NCBI GenBank assembly: GCA_963801165.1
Contig: CAWDDT010000007.1
Span: 1-64,000 of the forward strand
Origin: an uncultured bacterium
GTDB taxonomy: Bacteria > Actinomycetota > Acidimicrobiia > Spongiisociales > UBA5794
Length of the DNA: 64,000 nt
Reading direction: 5' to 3'
A program made the translations under genes and the position numbers. Below the pieces are notes generated by a model. It worked only from the letters and a program-made list of their open reading frames with translations, did no database searches and had not been told where the DNA came from. This document shows, piece after piece, positions 1-10,091 of this stretch. Position 1 is the stretch's first letter. Every line of letters begins with the position of its first letter.

Positions 1-540
1 TGTCACCACGATCACCATGCCCACCGTGTAGACCACGCCACCGACCGCGATCAGGACCACGACCGCGGCACCGACGCGCTGGGCCAGCGGAACCATGAGC
101 GCCAACGACAGCCAACCCATCGTGACCATGAGCCCGATGGAGAAATCAAAACGTTGGCGTCTCACCAACACGAGATGGCCAACGCCGAATGCGGCGATGG
201 ACCACGCGATCGACACGCTGGCGACACGCATCCACCCGTCGAGCGCTATCACACCGATGGGGGTGAACGTGCTCGCGATGAGCACGAAGATCATGGCGTG
301 GTCGAGTCGTTGCATTCGCTTTTTCCACTTCTCACGCCATGGAACGGAGTGATATAGAGAGCTGGTGGTGTATAGCGCGACGAGGCCCAGGCCGTATACC
401 GCCACAGCAACGCGGCGCTGCCCCGACGAAGCCCTGGCGATCAGAACTACTGCACCGACCGCTGCGGCCAGGGCTGCCGAACCGTGCAGAAACCCACGTA
501 CGGGGTTCTGCATTTTGCCCAGAGTGACTCGGCCTTGCAC
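1..540 (-). CDS. Hemolysin III / PAQR family membrane protein (3' end runs off window)
   Basis: Manual translation: ...KMQNPVRGFLHG...SSLYHSVPW...MQRLDHAMIFVLIASTFTP...GGVVYTVG; the SxxYH and LDHxxI motifs are typical of HlyIII. Start GTG 540 or ATG 513. Confidence 0.85.
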   Translation of the reverse strand, partial: MQGRVTLGKMQNPVRGFLHGSAALAAAVGAVVLIARASSGQRRVAVAVYGLGLVALYTTSSLYHSVPWREKWKKRMQRLDHAMIFVLIASTFTPIGVIALDGWMRVASVSIAWSIAAFGVGHLVLVRRQRFDFSIGLMVTMGWLSLALMVPLAQRVGAAVVVLIAVGGVVYTVGMVIVVT

Positions 541-649
541 ATCCCGATAATGGCAGATCGCAACACAATTAGCATCTAGGGCTCGCGCCTATGCCCTGGA
601 CTCGGGTGGCAGCGGCGAGGTGAACCAAGTGCAGGCCCACCCGGTCTCG

Positions 650-1684
650 TCACTCGACAGTCGTCACCTTGTCAATTCGCGTGAACTGACCAGCGCTGTG
701 CCCGTCGCGCTCTGCGAGTGCAACGGAGAGCACCTGAGCGGGAAGGATCTCGAGAACCGGGCGCAGGAGCATCGGAACCTCCGGTATGACCAGCGGGCCG
801 GCGCCGGTCCCAACCCGCACAGAGTCGGATGCGCCGCCGACATCACGGATATCCGCGACGAGGCGCTCGACGAGGGCGCCGACCTGTCCGGCGCCGACAA
901 ACGCGACGACATACTCGCCGGGCGACGCCATCTCGATCGGGCCATGGCGGTAGGCAGCGCCACTCATGCCTCCGGCCGCGACATGGGCCGATTCTCGAAG
1001 GATGAGCGCTCCACATCCGACCGTGGCGAGCGATACCCCGCGACCCACGAATGTGACGGTCGAGGCGTCGCCCACCCGACTTCGCATGGAATCAACGTGC
1101 GAAGACCACTCGTCTAGGTAGCGTGCCGCGGCCTCGGCGGTCTCGGCCAACCCTGTCATGGCTCGTATGCCATCCTCACCGACGAGGAGGCGCCCTAGCC
1201 AGTGGAGCGCAACGAGGGCTGTCGTATACGTCTTGCTCGACACCGAGTGTTCGATTCCTGCGGCGGTGAGCACGAGCGCATCCGCCTCAGCTGCCAGGGT
1301 CCCGTCGGCCGTGTTGGTGACACCGATGACGGTGACATCGTCGGGGACGAGCGAGAGCAATGAAACGACTTCGGCGCTCTCGCCCGACTGTGAAGTGACT
1401 ATCAGCGTCGATCCAGACGTGAGGAGACCCTGGAGCGAATGGACGAGTTCGGAAGTCTCCACGATATGCACGTCGCGGCCCCCGGATGCGAGAACGTAGT
1501 ACAAGGGAACGAGAGCGTGGTACGACGCCCCCATCCCCGTGAGAACGATCCGAGCCGTTGCGCGCCTCACGGCACCGATCACATCTGGACGCTCCACAAG
1601 CAGGTCGATGGTTCGTGCGAGCGCTCCCGGCTGGTTCAGGATGTCGCGGATGTATGGGTTCGTTTCGGGCGTGTTCAAAGACAC
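650..1684 (-). CDS. Double-SIS sugar-phosphate isomerase/deaminase (GlmS C-terminal / GlmD-like)
   Basis: GMGAS, SQSGES, SSKTY and YRHGPIE motifs; no glutaminase domain. Confidence 0.85.
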   Translation of the reverse strand: MSLNTPETNPYIRDILNQPGALARTIDLLVERPDVIGAVRRATARIVLTGMGASYHALVPLYYVLASGGRDVHIVETSELVHSLQGLLTSGSTLIVTSQSGESAEVVSLLSLVPDDVTVIGVTNTADGTLAAEADALVLTAAGIEHSVSSKTYTTALVALHWLGRLLVGEDGIRAMTGLAETAEAAARYLDEWSSHVDSMRSRVGDASTVTFVGRGVSLATVGCGALILRESAHVAAGGMSGAAYRHGPIEMASPGEYVVAFVGAGQVGALVERLVADIRDVGGASDSVRVGTGAGPLVIPEVPMLLRPVLEILPAQVLSVALAERDGHSAGQFTRIDKVTTVE

Positions 1685-2580
1685 GGCGGTTCCTTCCTCT
1701 TCAGGTAGGCGGCAGCCGCACCAATGAGGGCGGTGTGTGGGCGAAGGGTTGCGGGCGTGACAATGACATCACCAGGTACGTCGCGCGTGTTCTCGTCGAT
1801 GGTCTCGAGCACTTCATCACGTAGGATCTCCCAGCTCCCCATGACTCCACCGCCGAGTGCGACGACTTCCGGGCGAAGGATCGAGATCAGGTTTGCAAGG
1901 CCCATCCCGAGGTACCGCGCCGTCTGCTGGCGTACGGTCGACGATGGCGGGTCATCGGAGGCGAGAAGCTTGCCGGCACCAACCGTACGCGGATCCACGC
2001 CTCGTGCTTCGACGGCGTGACGAGCAACCGCGGACCCGCTCGCCAATGCCTCCCAACAACCTCTTCTTCCGCAGTAGCACGCTGGTCCGTCGCTCATGAT
2101 GATGTGGTGGCCCATTTCCGGATGTTGCCCATCGGGGTCGCGCACGAGACGGCGATCGCGAACATAGCCCGCTCCGATGCCGGTGCTCACCGTCACGAAG
2201 AGCAACGACGAGTTCTCGCGACCCGACCCCCACATTGACTCGCCTATGGCTGCGGCGTCGGCGTCGTTCTCCACGACGACTGGGAGACCGAGCTCTGCTT
2301 GGAGAGATTCGATCACGCTTCCGCCACGCCACCCGGGAAGGAGGCCGACATCGCCGAAATGTCCGGTCCACGGGTCGATAGGTCCGGTAGCGGCGACGCC
2401 GATTCCATCGAGTGAATTGGTGCCGGCGAGATCGCGCATCGTCACAATGACCTGAGTCATCGCGGTGTCGAAACCTCGCTCGGGTTCGGTCGGGAATCGA
2501 TCATGCGCTATGAGCTCCCCGTCGTTCCGGACCAGACCAACAGCGGTCTTTGTGCCGCCGATGTCGACAACGCCGATCAT
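1675..2580 (-). CDS. ROK family sugar kinase
   Basis: DIGGTKT, ENDADAAA, STGIG, EMGH, CYCGRRGCWE; start MIGVVD at 2580. Confidence 0.9.
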   Translation of the reverse strand: MIGVVDIGGTKTAVGLVRNDGELIAHDRFPTEPERGFDTAMTQVIVTMRDLAGTNSLDGIGVAATGPIDPWTGHFGDVGLLPGWRGGSVIESLQAELGLPVVVENDADAAAIGESMWGSGRENSSLLFVTVSTGIGAGYVRDRRLVRDPDGQHPEMGHHIIMSDGPACYCGRRGCWEALASGSAVARHAVEARGVDPRTVGAGKLLASDDPPSSTVRQQTARYLGMGLANLISILRPEVVALGGGVMGSWEILRDEVLETIDENTRDVPGDVIVTPATLRPHTALIGAAAAYLKRKEPPCL

Positions 2581-3446
2581 CGTTTCACAGCCCCCTCCGT
2601 CATCCCCGAGATGAATTGACGCTGCATCAGCAGGAACACAACGATCAGGGGAAGCGCGGTGATCGTCGCTCCTGCCATCGTGGTTCCCCACGTGCTCGTG
2701 TTGCGCATCTGGAGTTGGGCGAGTCCGAGTGGAAGCGTGAACATCTGCTCCGAGTTCAACACGAGTCGCGGCCACAGGAAGTCGTTCCACATCGCCATGA
2801 ATGTGAAGATAGCGAGGGCCGCCATCCCGGGAAGGGCGAGCGGCATAACGATCTTCCTGACGATCCGGAGCTCACCGGCACCATCGACGCGGGCAGCGTC
2901 GAGTATGTCGTCAGGAATCGACTTGATGTATTGGCGCATTAGGAAGATCCCGAGCACACTCGTCATCTGCGGAACGATGAGGGCGGCATAGGTGTCAAGC
3001 CATCCCAGAGCAGACACAATGCGGAATACGGGGATCAGGTTCACCTGGAACGGAATCATGAGACCGAGTAGCAAGATGAAGAACAGCTTGTCGCGCCCGG
3101 GGAATTCGAGCTTGGCGAACGCGTAGCCGGCCAGAGTGTCGAATATGACTCGTAGCAGTGTGACGGCCACCGTGACGATCGTGCTGTTGAGAAAGAACCT
3201 CGGAAACGGGATCCTCGTGAGAACCTCGCGATAGTGATCCCAGGTGAAGGGGTTGGGCAGCCACTGCGGGGGGTTGGCGAAGACGAGACCCTCGAGCTTC
3301 AGCGATGACGCAATGGTCCAGTAGAACGGAAAGAGCATCAGGACCGATGTCACGATCAGTGTGACATATAGCAGTATGCGACCCCGGGATCGTTTTGCCC
3401 GCTTCGTCCGGTTCGCGGTATCTCGGCTCAGCGACGTGCCAATCAT
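2577..3446 (-). CDS. Carbohydrate ABC transporter permease (MalG-like)
   Basis: EAA-like loop DAARVDGA, WNDFLWP; start MIGTS at 3446. Confidence 0.92.
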   Translation of the reverse strand: MIGTSLSRDTANRTKRAKRSRGRILLYVTLIVTSVLMLFPFYWTIASSLKLEGLVFANPPQWLPNPFTWDHYREVLTRIPFPRFFLNSTIVTVAVTLLRVIFDTLAGYAFAKLEFPGRDKLFFILLLGLMIPFQVNLIPVFRIVSALGWLDTYAALIVPQMTSVLGIFLMRQYIKSIPDDILDAARVDGAGELRIVRKIVMPLALPGMAALAIFTFMAMWNDFLWPRLVLNSEQMFTLPLGLAQLQMRNTSTWGTTMAGATITALPLIVVFLLMQRQFISGMTEGAVKR

Positions 3447-4327
3447 CAGTCGCGCTCCCGAAGGACATGCCACTGGAGGAAGGAGAAAAGGGCGAGGATG
3501 GCAAACAGCACATATGCAATCGCCGAGGCGTAGCCCAGCCGGAGACTGAGGAAGCGCGAATATAGGTAGTAGACGAGCGTCGTCGTCGAGTTGACGGGCC
3601 CGCCACGCGTCATCACGAACACCTGATCGAACACCTGGAAGCTGCCGATGATGCCCACGATGAAGACGAAGATCAGCACTGGTCTGAGCTCGGGCAGCGT
3701 GACGTGGCGGAACTTCCGGAGTGTGCCCGCGCCGTCGACGGCGGCGGCAGCGTAGAGGTCCCGGGGGATCGCCTGTAATGCCGCAAGAAAGATGACGGTT
3801 TCGAAGCCGAATCCCTGCCAGATGCTCGCCGCAATGATCGACGGCAGAGCGAAGTGTGGGTCCGACAACCAACCGATGGGGCTCATCCCGAACAGCGCAA
3901 GGAAATCGTTCAAGAGGCCGTTGCGGTTCAACAGCATGCGCCAGATGGTGGCGGTCACAACGAGCGACGTCATCACTGGCAGAAAGTAGGCGGTGCGGAA
4001 GAAGGCTTGGAACCGCACCTTCTGGTTTAGCAGCAGCGCCGTCGCCAGACCGAGCGCAGGCCCGATCAGCATGCCGAAAAGGGTGAAGATCGCAGTGTTC
4101 TCGAGCGCCCTGATGAAGATCGCGTCCTTGGTGAACAACTCGACGTAGTTGGCCAGTCCGACGAACTTGGCGGGCTCGATGCCGTTGTACTCGTTCAGGC
4201 TCCACCAAGCAGAAATGACCATCGGCCCGTACAGGAAGACAATCGACGACACCACCGGCACTGCGACGAACGCGAGCGCGATCATCGTCCTCCTGCGTCT
4301 CATCGTCAGGGTGTGCGTGACGTGCAT
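3446..4327 (-). CDS. Carbohydrate ABC transporter permease (MalF-like)
   Basis: FVGLANY, AAAVDGA, FDQVFVMTRGGP. Confidence 0.92.
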   Translation of the reverse strand: MHVTHTLTMRRRRTMIALAFVAVPVVSSIVFLYGPMVISAWWSLNEYNGIEPAKFVGLANYVELFTKDAIFIRALENTAIFTLFGMLIGPALGLATALLLNQKVRFQAFFRTAYFLPVMTSLVVTATIWRMLLNRNGLLNDFLALFGMSPIGWLSDPHFALPSIIAASIWQGFGFETVIFLAALQAIPRDLYAAAAVDGAGTLRKFRHVTLPELRPVLIFVFIVGIIGSFQVFDQVFVMTRGGPVNSTTTLVYYLYSRFLSLRLGYASAIAYVLFAILALFSFLQWHVLRERD

Positions 4328-4408
4328 GGAGCCCCTTGTCGTCAGATCGGTGCTGCAGGTGCCGCGGGCCGGGCGGTTGGTAGCGCCCGGCCCGGAACCA
4401 GGGTGGTG

Positions 4409-5707
4409 CTATCCGCCGAGTTCAGCGTCGACGGCGGCAGCCGCATCGGTGAGGGCCGTCGCCACGTCCTTGTCGCCTATGGCGATCTGTTCCAGGGCGG
4501 TGGTGAAGATCTCGTCGATGGTTGTCCACTCACGCACATATGGAAACGGCGTTGATGTCTCCATGGCCTTCGCAAAGACCTCGAGTGTTTTCTGGCCGCC
4601 GAAGTACGGATCCGGTGCGTCGACCCGCGGGTCCGAAAGTGCGGCTTGGAGGGCCGGTGCAGCACCTGAGGTCGAGAACAGCTCGACCTGGTTGTCCAAT
4701 GTCATTGCGTACTCGATGAACTTCCACGACGCTTCTTGGTTAGTCGATGCCGCCGGGATTACGAGACCCGTGCCTCCTTGGTACGACCCCGGCTGGAGGC
4801 TGTATGGATGCTGGGCGACGCGCCACTTGCCTTCCATCTCGGGTGCTGCGTCCTTGATGATGCCCATGTAGTAGGCGCCGTCGGAGAACATCGCGAGACG
4901 ATCGTCCTTGAGGCCCGGCGTGACCTCCCAGCCCTCGTCGGCGGACCAGTAGTAAGCCGACCCGTTTGCGAGCATTCCCGTGTACTGCTCGATCGCCTCG
5001 ACCGCAGCCGGTTTCGCAAAGACTGCCTTGGTGTTGTCCTCATTGAGGATCGATCCGCCGTTCTCGTAGATCCACTGGGCACCGTGGAAGGTGTCTGTGG
5101 AGAGCGCGTAGCGGTACTTGCCGTCGACGCTGATCTTGGCCGCGACGTCGTTGAGCTCATCCCAGGTAGTGGGCACGCTCAAGCCCATCTCGTCGAAGAT
5201 GTCGGCGCGGTAATAGAGGGCGTACGCATCGAAGTCGTAGAGCATCGCCAGGGTTTCACCGTTGAAGGTCATGGCGTCCAGCGCACCCGGAGCATATTGA
5301 TCGGCGATCGGCGCCCCGTTTAGCTGCCCTCCAGAGAGTTTGTTCAAGTCCGCGAACGCTCCGAGCGGTGCGTAGGTTGGCAGCCATGTCATGTCGAGTG
5401 TGATCACATCCGGGGGTGTTCCGCCAGTGAGTACGACATTGAGCTTCTCGAGCATTGTGTCCCAGTCGAGTGACTCGATGTTCACCTTGATGCCCGGGTT
5501 CTCCTGTTCAAACTGCGCGGCGACGGCCGGGATGACCGAGGACTCGCCGTAGTAGTCCCAGATGGTGATCGTGACCTCGTCCTGGCCCGAGCCAGGCGCA
5601 TCGGTTGTAGCCGCGTCCGTCGGCGTCGTTGTGCCGCCGCCACAGCCTGCAAATGTCAGAGCGATTCCGGCGATGAGCACGAGGAATCGTGTCGGTCGTT
5701 GTTTCAT
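4409..5707 (-). CDS. Sugar ABC substrate-binding lipoprotein
   Basis: Lipobox FAGC after MKQRP; PDVI, LYYRADIF, PTTWDEL. Confidence 0.92.
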   Translation of the reverse strand: MKQRPTRFLVLIAGIALTFAGCGGGTTTPTDAATTDAPGSGQDEVTITIWDYYGESSVIPAVAAQFEQENPGIKVNIESLDWDTMLEKLNVVLTGGTPPDVITLDMTWLPTYAPLGAFADLNKLSGGQLNGAPIADQYAPGALDAMTFNGETLAMLYDFDAYALYYRADIFDEMGLSVPTTWDELNDVAAKISVDGKYRYALSTDTFHGAQWIYENGGSILNEDNTKAVFAKPAAVEAIEQYTGMLANGSAYYWSADEGWEVTPGLKDDRLAMFSDGAYYMGIIKDAAPEMEGKWRVAQHPYSLQPGSYQGGTGLVIPAASTNQEASWKFIEYAMTLDNQVELFSTSGAAPALQAALSDPRVDAPDPYFGGQKTLEVFAKAMETSTPFPYVREWTTIDEIFTTALEQIAIGDKDVATALTDAAAAVDAELGG

Positions 5708-5769
5708 GAACCAGTTCTCCTTCCTGAAAACGGAGCGTTGTTTGTTCGAGTGGAGCGGGCGGCGGATGA

Positions 5770-7836
5770 TCACGATGTACCGATCTTGTGCAGGCGGTAG
5801 TGAACGATCGCGACGCCGAATGGCCCTAGTTCGATGGTGAAGGAGCGCCCATCGCAATCGAGCGGCAGGGAGCCCGTCGTTGTCAGCGCGCTGACCGCCG
5901 CAAGCGCCTCTCGGCAAGCCACGGTCACAGGCGCCGTGGCCGCGGTATGGCGGGTCACCACCGCATAGCCCTCGTGGTCTCCGGACAGAATTCCCACCTC
6001 GACGGAGGGTTGGTCGGTCGTCATGAACGGGGTGATCCCGCTCCATTCGGCCAGCGCCCGGTACAGGCGATGGGTCGGTTCACCGGTCGAGAACGCGTTC
6101 GGCGTGCGAGCTTGGTAGCACTCGAGGGGGAACGCCGACAGAAGGGTGTGGCCGGAGCCGTGCTGGTTGGCGATGATCGCCGGGCGCCCGTCCGCATCGA
6201 CTGCGACGATGGTCCCACCCCTCGGCTCGATAATGGCAGGCCATTCGGAGACGTTTCGTGGGTCGACTTTGTAGCTGAACGTCTCGCCGGCCTCGAGCGA
6301 TCCGATTGGCTCGACGATCGTGAGCTCAACGGTGTCCACGGGCGTGTGATCAGCGAGGATTGCTCCGAACAGCTCGTGCATCTCCGGTATTGCTGCGTCG
6401 GCACACACCGACGCGTAGATGCTGCCACCGTCTCTGACGTATTGCTCCGCCGTCTTCCAGAAAGTCGTGTGAAGATGCACCAGGTTGTACTCGGTGCTCG
6501 TGACCGGAGACGGCAATAACAGCATCGGATAGCGGTCGAGATCCGAGTACTCGCGAGGCATGGCGACGGCGAGACCCGCACGTCGACCATTGATGAACGT
6601 CGAGAGAAGCGCGCCCATGAGCCATTCGTTGAGCGCCGCGTTCCCGTCCGTGTGCACGTCCTGGACGGAGGCATAAGGTATCGATTGTGGTTCGGCCAAG
6701 CCGGACCTGCTGAAGTCGCCGTATGGCTTCGACCACTCGTACGGCACGACGAGCGCGGCATCGGCTGAAGCGAGGTCAATGTCGGCGAGGTCCATCTGGT
6801 CGAGAACAGAGCTCATCTCGCGGAGCTCGGATCCGGCCGGTCGATGCTTCCGATCCCACGTCGTCAAGCCGAACTGGGTCTCGTGGGGTGCACGGAGGTA
6901 CGGCAACCGCTCGAAGGTCTCGGGTGCCGCATCCGTGTGACACCACAACACGAGGCCGTTGGTGCCGTTGCCGAGCGCCGAGTACATAGAGACACGGTCG
7001 AAGAGCGCGATCCGCTGCGGATCGTATTGCGCCGAGGATGCACCGAGCTCATGAACCATCGCCGCCTTGCCGGCGCCGGCCGACAGGACGACCTGGAACG
7101 CCGAGCAGTATGTGACACGCTCCGAGAGCAGCGGATCGGGGAAGAGCTGGGGTGCGTAGATCGGGTATGGATGGACCGAGAGGAAATCGATGTGGTCGAC
7201 GATCATGTCCGGCCGGAACGGGCCGTGGAGGAGATCCTGATCGGCGGTGCCGACGCAGATCGGTGTTCCCGGATCGTGTTTCCTGATTGCCTCGGACAGA
7301 CATCGTGTCCACTCGACAGCCATTGCGTCCGTCGTCTCGCTCCCGACGATCCAGAACGGAGGCTCGTCCGTGAGGTCCCATGCGAGGATCGCCGGCTCGC
7401 CCGCATAGCGGCGTGCGAACTCCGAGGCGTGCGCAGCCTGCAGCCGCAGCATCTCGGGGTCTGCGTGTGGATGTCTTCCATCTCGCCAAGGAACGTCCCA
7501 GTAGGCTTCGCCCACCTCACCACCGATGAAAAGTGTGGGGTGCAGGTAGATCTCAAAGCGGTGGCAGAGCTCGATGAGATGGTCGATCTGGCTGAAGGCT
7601 TCCTCGTTGAAGGAACCCGGGCGAGGCTCGAACCAAGCCCAGAACAGGTCGATCCGAACGATGTTGTACCCGAGGTCCTTCATCGTCTGAAAGTCGGCCT
7701 CTATGGACTCCTCGTTCCACTCGAGCGGCCACGACAGAGCCTCAACGGCAGGAACCCAATGCGCGCCGATGGGGATGAACGGCCGTCCGTCTCTGACGGC
7801 GTATCTCCCGGTCAGCGAAACCGGCGTGAGCGTCAT
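5770..7836 (-). CDS. Clan GH-A glycoside hydrolase (GH5/GH42/GH35-like) with C-terminal trimerisation-type domain
   Basis: GYNIVRI..WAWFEP, WDLTDEP (acid/base), SVHPY, VHELG (nucleophile), ETQFGL. Confidence 0.8.
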   Translation of the reverse strand: MTLTPVSLTGRYAVRDGRPFIPIGAHWVPAVEALSWPLEWNEESIEADFQTMKDLGYNIVRIDLFWAWFEPRPGSFNEEAFSQIDHLIELCHRFEIYLHPTLFIGGEVGEAYWDVPWRDGRHPHADPEMLRLQAAHASEFARRYAGEPAILAWDLTDEPPFWIVGSETTDAMAVEWTRCLSEAIRKHDPGTPICVGTADQDLLHGPFRPDMIVDHIDFLSVHPYPIYAPQLFPDPLLSERVTYCSAFQVVLSAGAGKAAMVHELGASSAQYDPQRIALFDRVSMYSALGNGTNGLVLWCHTDAAPETFERLPYLRAPHETQFGLTTWDRKHRPAGSELREMSSVLDQMDLADIDLASADAALVVPYEWSKPYGDFSRSGLAEPQSIPYASVQDVHTDGNAALNEWLMGALLSTFINGRRAGLAVAMPREYSDLDRYPMLLLPSPVTSTEYNLVHLHTTFWKTAEQYVRDGGSIYASVCADAAIPEMHELFGAILADHTPVDTVELTIVEPIGSLEAGETFSYKVDPRNVSEWPAIIEPRGGTIVAVDADGRPAIIANQHGSGHTLLSAFPLECYQARTPNAFSTGEPTHRLYRALAEWSGITPFMTTDQPSVEVGILSGDHEGYAVVTRHTAATAPVTVACREALAAVSALTTTGSLPLDCDGRSFTIELGPFGVAIVHYRLHKIGTS

Positions 7837-8651
7837 ATCCGAGCACCTTCGATGTCGGGAGCTGCCGAGTCTTCTTCGCGGCGCAGGCCACGACGACCCA
7901 CGTCTCCTTGCCGGAAGTGGAAGTGAAATCGAGCATGTCCGGCAGGTGTGAGAGACCGCGTGTATTCGACGGGCGTGCCCTCCTGGCTATAGCCAACGAC
8001 CTCGCTGAGGATCGCCGGCGCACCCGCTTTCGAGCGGAGGAGATCCGCCTCAGCCGCGGAGAGGAGCACCGGCTCCATTGTCTGATCGATGGCCACGACG
8101 TCGATGCCATGCCTCACGGAGAGGTAGTCGTACAACGATCCTCCTTCGACCGCGTGGGTGTCCAGCTCTGGCACCGCAAAACCGTTCAGCCACGCCTTCT
8201 CGAACGCAACCGGCTCGGAGTCGGCTAGGCGTAGCCTTTCGAGGACGAGAACGGGGTCGCCTTCGCTGATGCCTAGGGAGGGGGCTACGGAAGCCGGGCA
8301 CGGACTCTGCGTCAGCGATATCACCCGGCTAGTCGGTTCCAGGCCGACCATCTGCATGTTCTTGGTGAAGCTCAGCGAGCTTGGGATGATCTGCGCCGCG
8401 CCAACCCGCGCCACGAAGGTCCCGACGCCGTGGCGGCGAACGATCAACCCGGTTCTCTGAAGGTTCCCAAGCGAGCGACGGACTGTGAGACGACTCACCC
8501 CGAACAGCGCAGCGAGTTCGGGCTCGGAAGGAAAGACCTGGCCGGGTGCGAGATCGCCGGTGCGTATTGCTCTGCGGAGGATCTCTTCGACCTGGTCGTA
8601 CAGGGGGGTGGCGCTCAACCGATCCGGTCTTTGCAGCTCGTTCCAGTTCAT
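7833..8651 (-). CDS. GntR/HutC-family regulator (wHTH + UTRA)
   Basis: PLYDQV...PSEPELAALFGVSRLTVRR...GVGTFV followed by UTRA domain. Confidence 0.92.
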   Translation of the reverse strand: MNWNELQRPDRLSATPLYDQVEEILRRAIRTGDLAPGQVFPSEPELAALFGVSRLTVRRSLGNLQRTGLIVRRHGVGTFVARVGAAQIIPSSLSFTKNMQMVGLEPTSRVISLTQSPCPASVAPSLGISEGDPVLVLERLRLADSEPVAFEKAWLNGFAVPELDTHAVEGGSLYDYLSVRHGIDVVAIDQTMEPVLLSAAEADLLRSKAGAPAILSEVVGYSQEGTPVEYTRSLTPAGHARFHFHFRQGDVGRRGLRREEDSAAPDIEGARI

Positions 8652-8663
8652 TCCTCAAGTCCT

Positions 8664-8685
8664 CTAGATGTCAGTACAACCTAGA
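8664..8685. promoter_or_regulatory. Candidate GntR operator
   Basis: Imperfect palindrome CTAGATGTCAGTACAACCTAG just upstream of the gntR start. Confidence 0.4.
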
Positions 8686-8863
8686 TCATCCGGCTTGTCC
8701 CGTCAAACGGCTTGACGTTGACAGGAGCATGCGTTTCGTAGGACACCTGTCGTGGGAGCCTTGACAGCACGGAGGTGGTGCACACGGCTACATCCGTCGC
8801 GCACGGGAAATGGCACTCGCCTACGACGCGATCAAGCGCACAGGGGCTCCGTCCGAATCGAGT

Positions 8864-9883
8864 TCAGAGGAGTCCGTGGCCGATGCGACCGGAGTCCGTA
8901 ATCTCGTCGATCTCGATCAATTCGGCATCGGCGAATTCGAGGTTGTCGAGAGCGCCGAGGTTGTCGTTGAGTTGCGACCAGTTGCTGGCGCCGACGATGG
9001 CAGATGTCACCCTCGGGTCTCGCAGCACCCAGGAGATCGCCATCTGAGCGAGCGTCTGCCCGCGCCGTCGGGCTACTCGTTCGAGCGCCTGCATCGCGTT
9101 CAGATACGTGTCCGTTCGGAACTCCGGGGTGAGGGCGTCGCCGTGTGCGGCCCGAGACGACTCCGGGATACCCGAGAGGTACCTCCCGGTGAGGATTCCC
9201 TGGGATAGAGGGGAGAAGACGACGCAACCGAGCCCGGTCTCGTCCAGCACATCGAGGACCCCTTCGTCCTCTATCCATCGATCGACGATCGAGTACGAAG
9301 GCTGGTGGACGAGACAGGGTGTCCCGAGGCTGTGCAAGAGGGCCACGGCCTCGACCGTGCGGCTTGCGTCATACGATGAGATGCCGACGTAGAGGGCCTT
9401 GCCCTGCTGGACCGCAGTCGCGAGGGCCGACATGGTTTCCTCGAGCGGGGTGGTCGGGTCGTCGCGATGCGAGTAGAAGATGTCTACGTAGTCGACGCTC
9501 ATACGCCGCAGGCTTTGATCGAGGCTGGCAAGTATGTACTTCCGCGAGCCCCCTCCCTGACCATATGGACCGGGCCACATGTCGTAGCCGGCCTTTGTGG
9601 AGATGATGATCTCGTCCCGGTATACACCGAGATCGTGCGTCATCACCCTGCCAAAGGTCTCCTCCGCCGAGCCATACGGCGTCCCGTAGTTGTTGGCCAG
9701 ATCGAAGTAGGTGACGCCCCTATCGAAGGAACGTAGCACCATGGTGCGAGCGGTCTCGAACGAGACCGAACCACCGAAGTTGTGCCACATACCTAGGGCG
9801 ATCTTCGGCAGGTCGAGGCCGCTCCGGCCGCATCGGGCGTACTTCATCTGCTCGTAGCGGTCGCTTGCCGGCAGATACGTCAT
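8864..9883 (-). CDS. Aldo/keto reductase, L-glyceraldehyde-3-phosphate reductase (YghZ/MgrA)-like
   Basis: LGMWHNFG, FDLANNYG, STKAGYDMWPGPYG, HQPSYS. Confidence 0.9.
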   Translation of the reverse strand: MTYLPASDRYEQMKYARCGRSGLDLPKIALGMWHNFGGSVSFETARTMVLRSFDRGVTYFDLANNYGTPYGSAEETFGRVMTHDLGVYRDEIIISTKAGYDMWPGPYGQGGGSRKYILASLDQSLRRMSVDYVDIFYSHRDDPTTPLEETMSALATAVQQGKALYVGISSYDASRTVEAVALLHSLGTPCLVHQPSYSIVDRWIEDEGVLDVLDETGLGCVVFSPLSQGILTGRYLSGIPESSRAAHGDALTPEFRTDTYLNAMQALERVARRRGQTLAQMAISWVLRDPRVTSAIVGASNWSQLNDNLGALDNLEFADAELIEIDEITDSGRIGHGLL

Positions 9884-10091
9884 CGTCGTGTTCTCATATG
9901 TCGCTTGGATCCCGCCCGTTGTCGACAGCTTCATCTTGGCCCGACGTCGAACCCTAGTTGGAGCCGCGCCGCGCATTGGTGCGCCGCTGGGTCCATGGAC
10001 ACCGAGATGGTGTTGCTTCCCCTACGGTTTCCAACTCGGGACTCGGAGGTAGGCCATTGACGCGGCCTTCCGCATCCGGCAACGCCGGCTC

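Noticed and set aside
2577-4208. Long ORF-track extensions and antisense ORFs (e.g. 543-aa permease extension, 6844-7926, 49582-50922)
   Set aside because: Shadow frames typical of high-GC DNA that overlap well-supported genes
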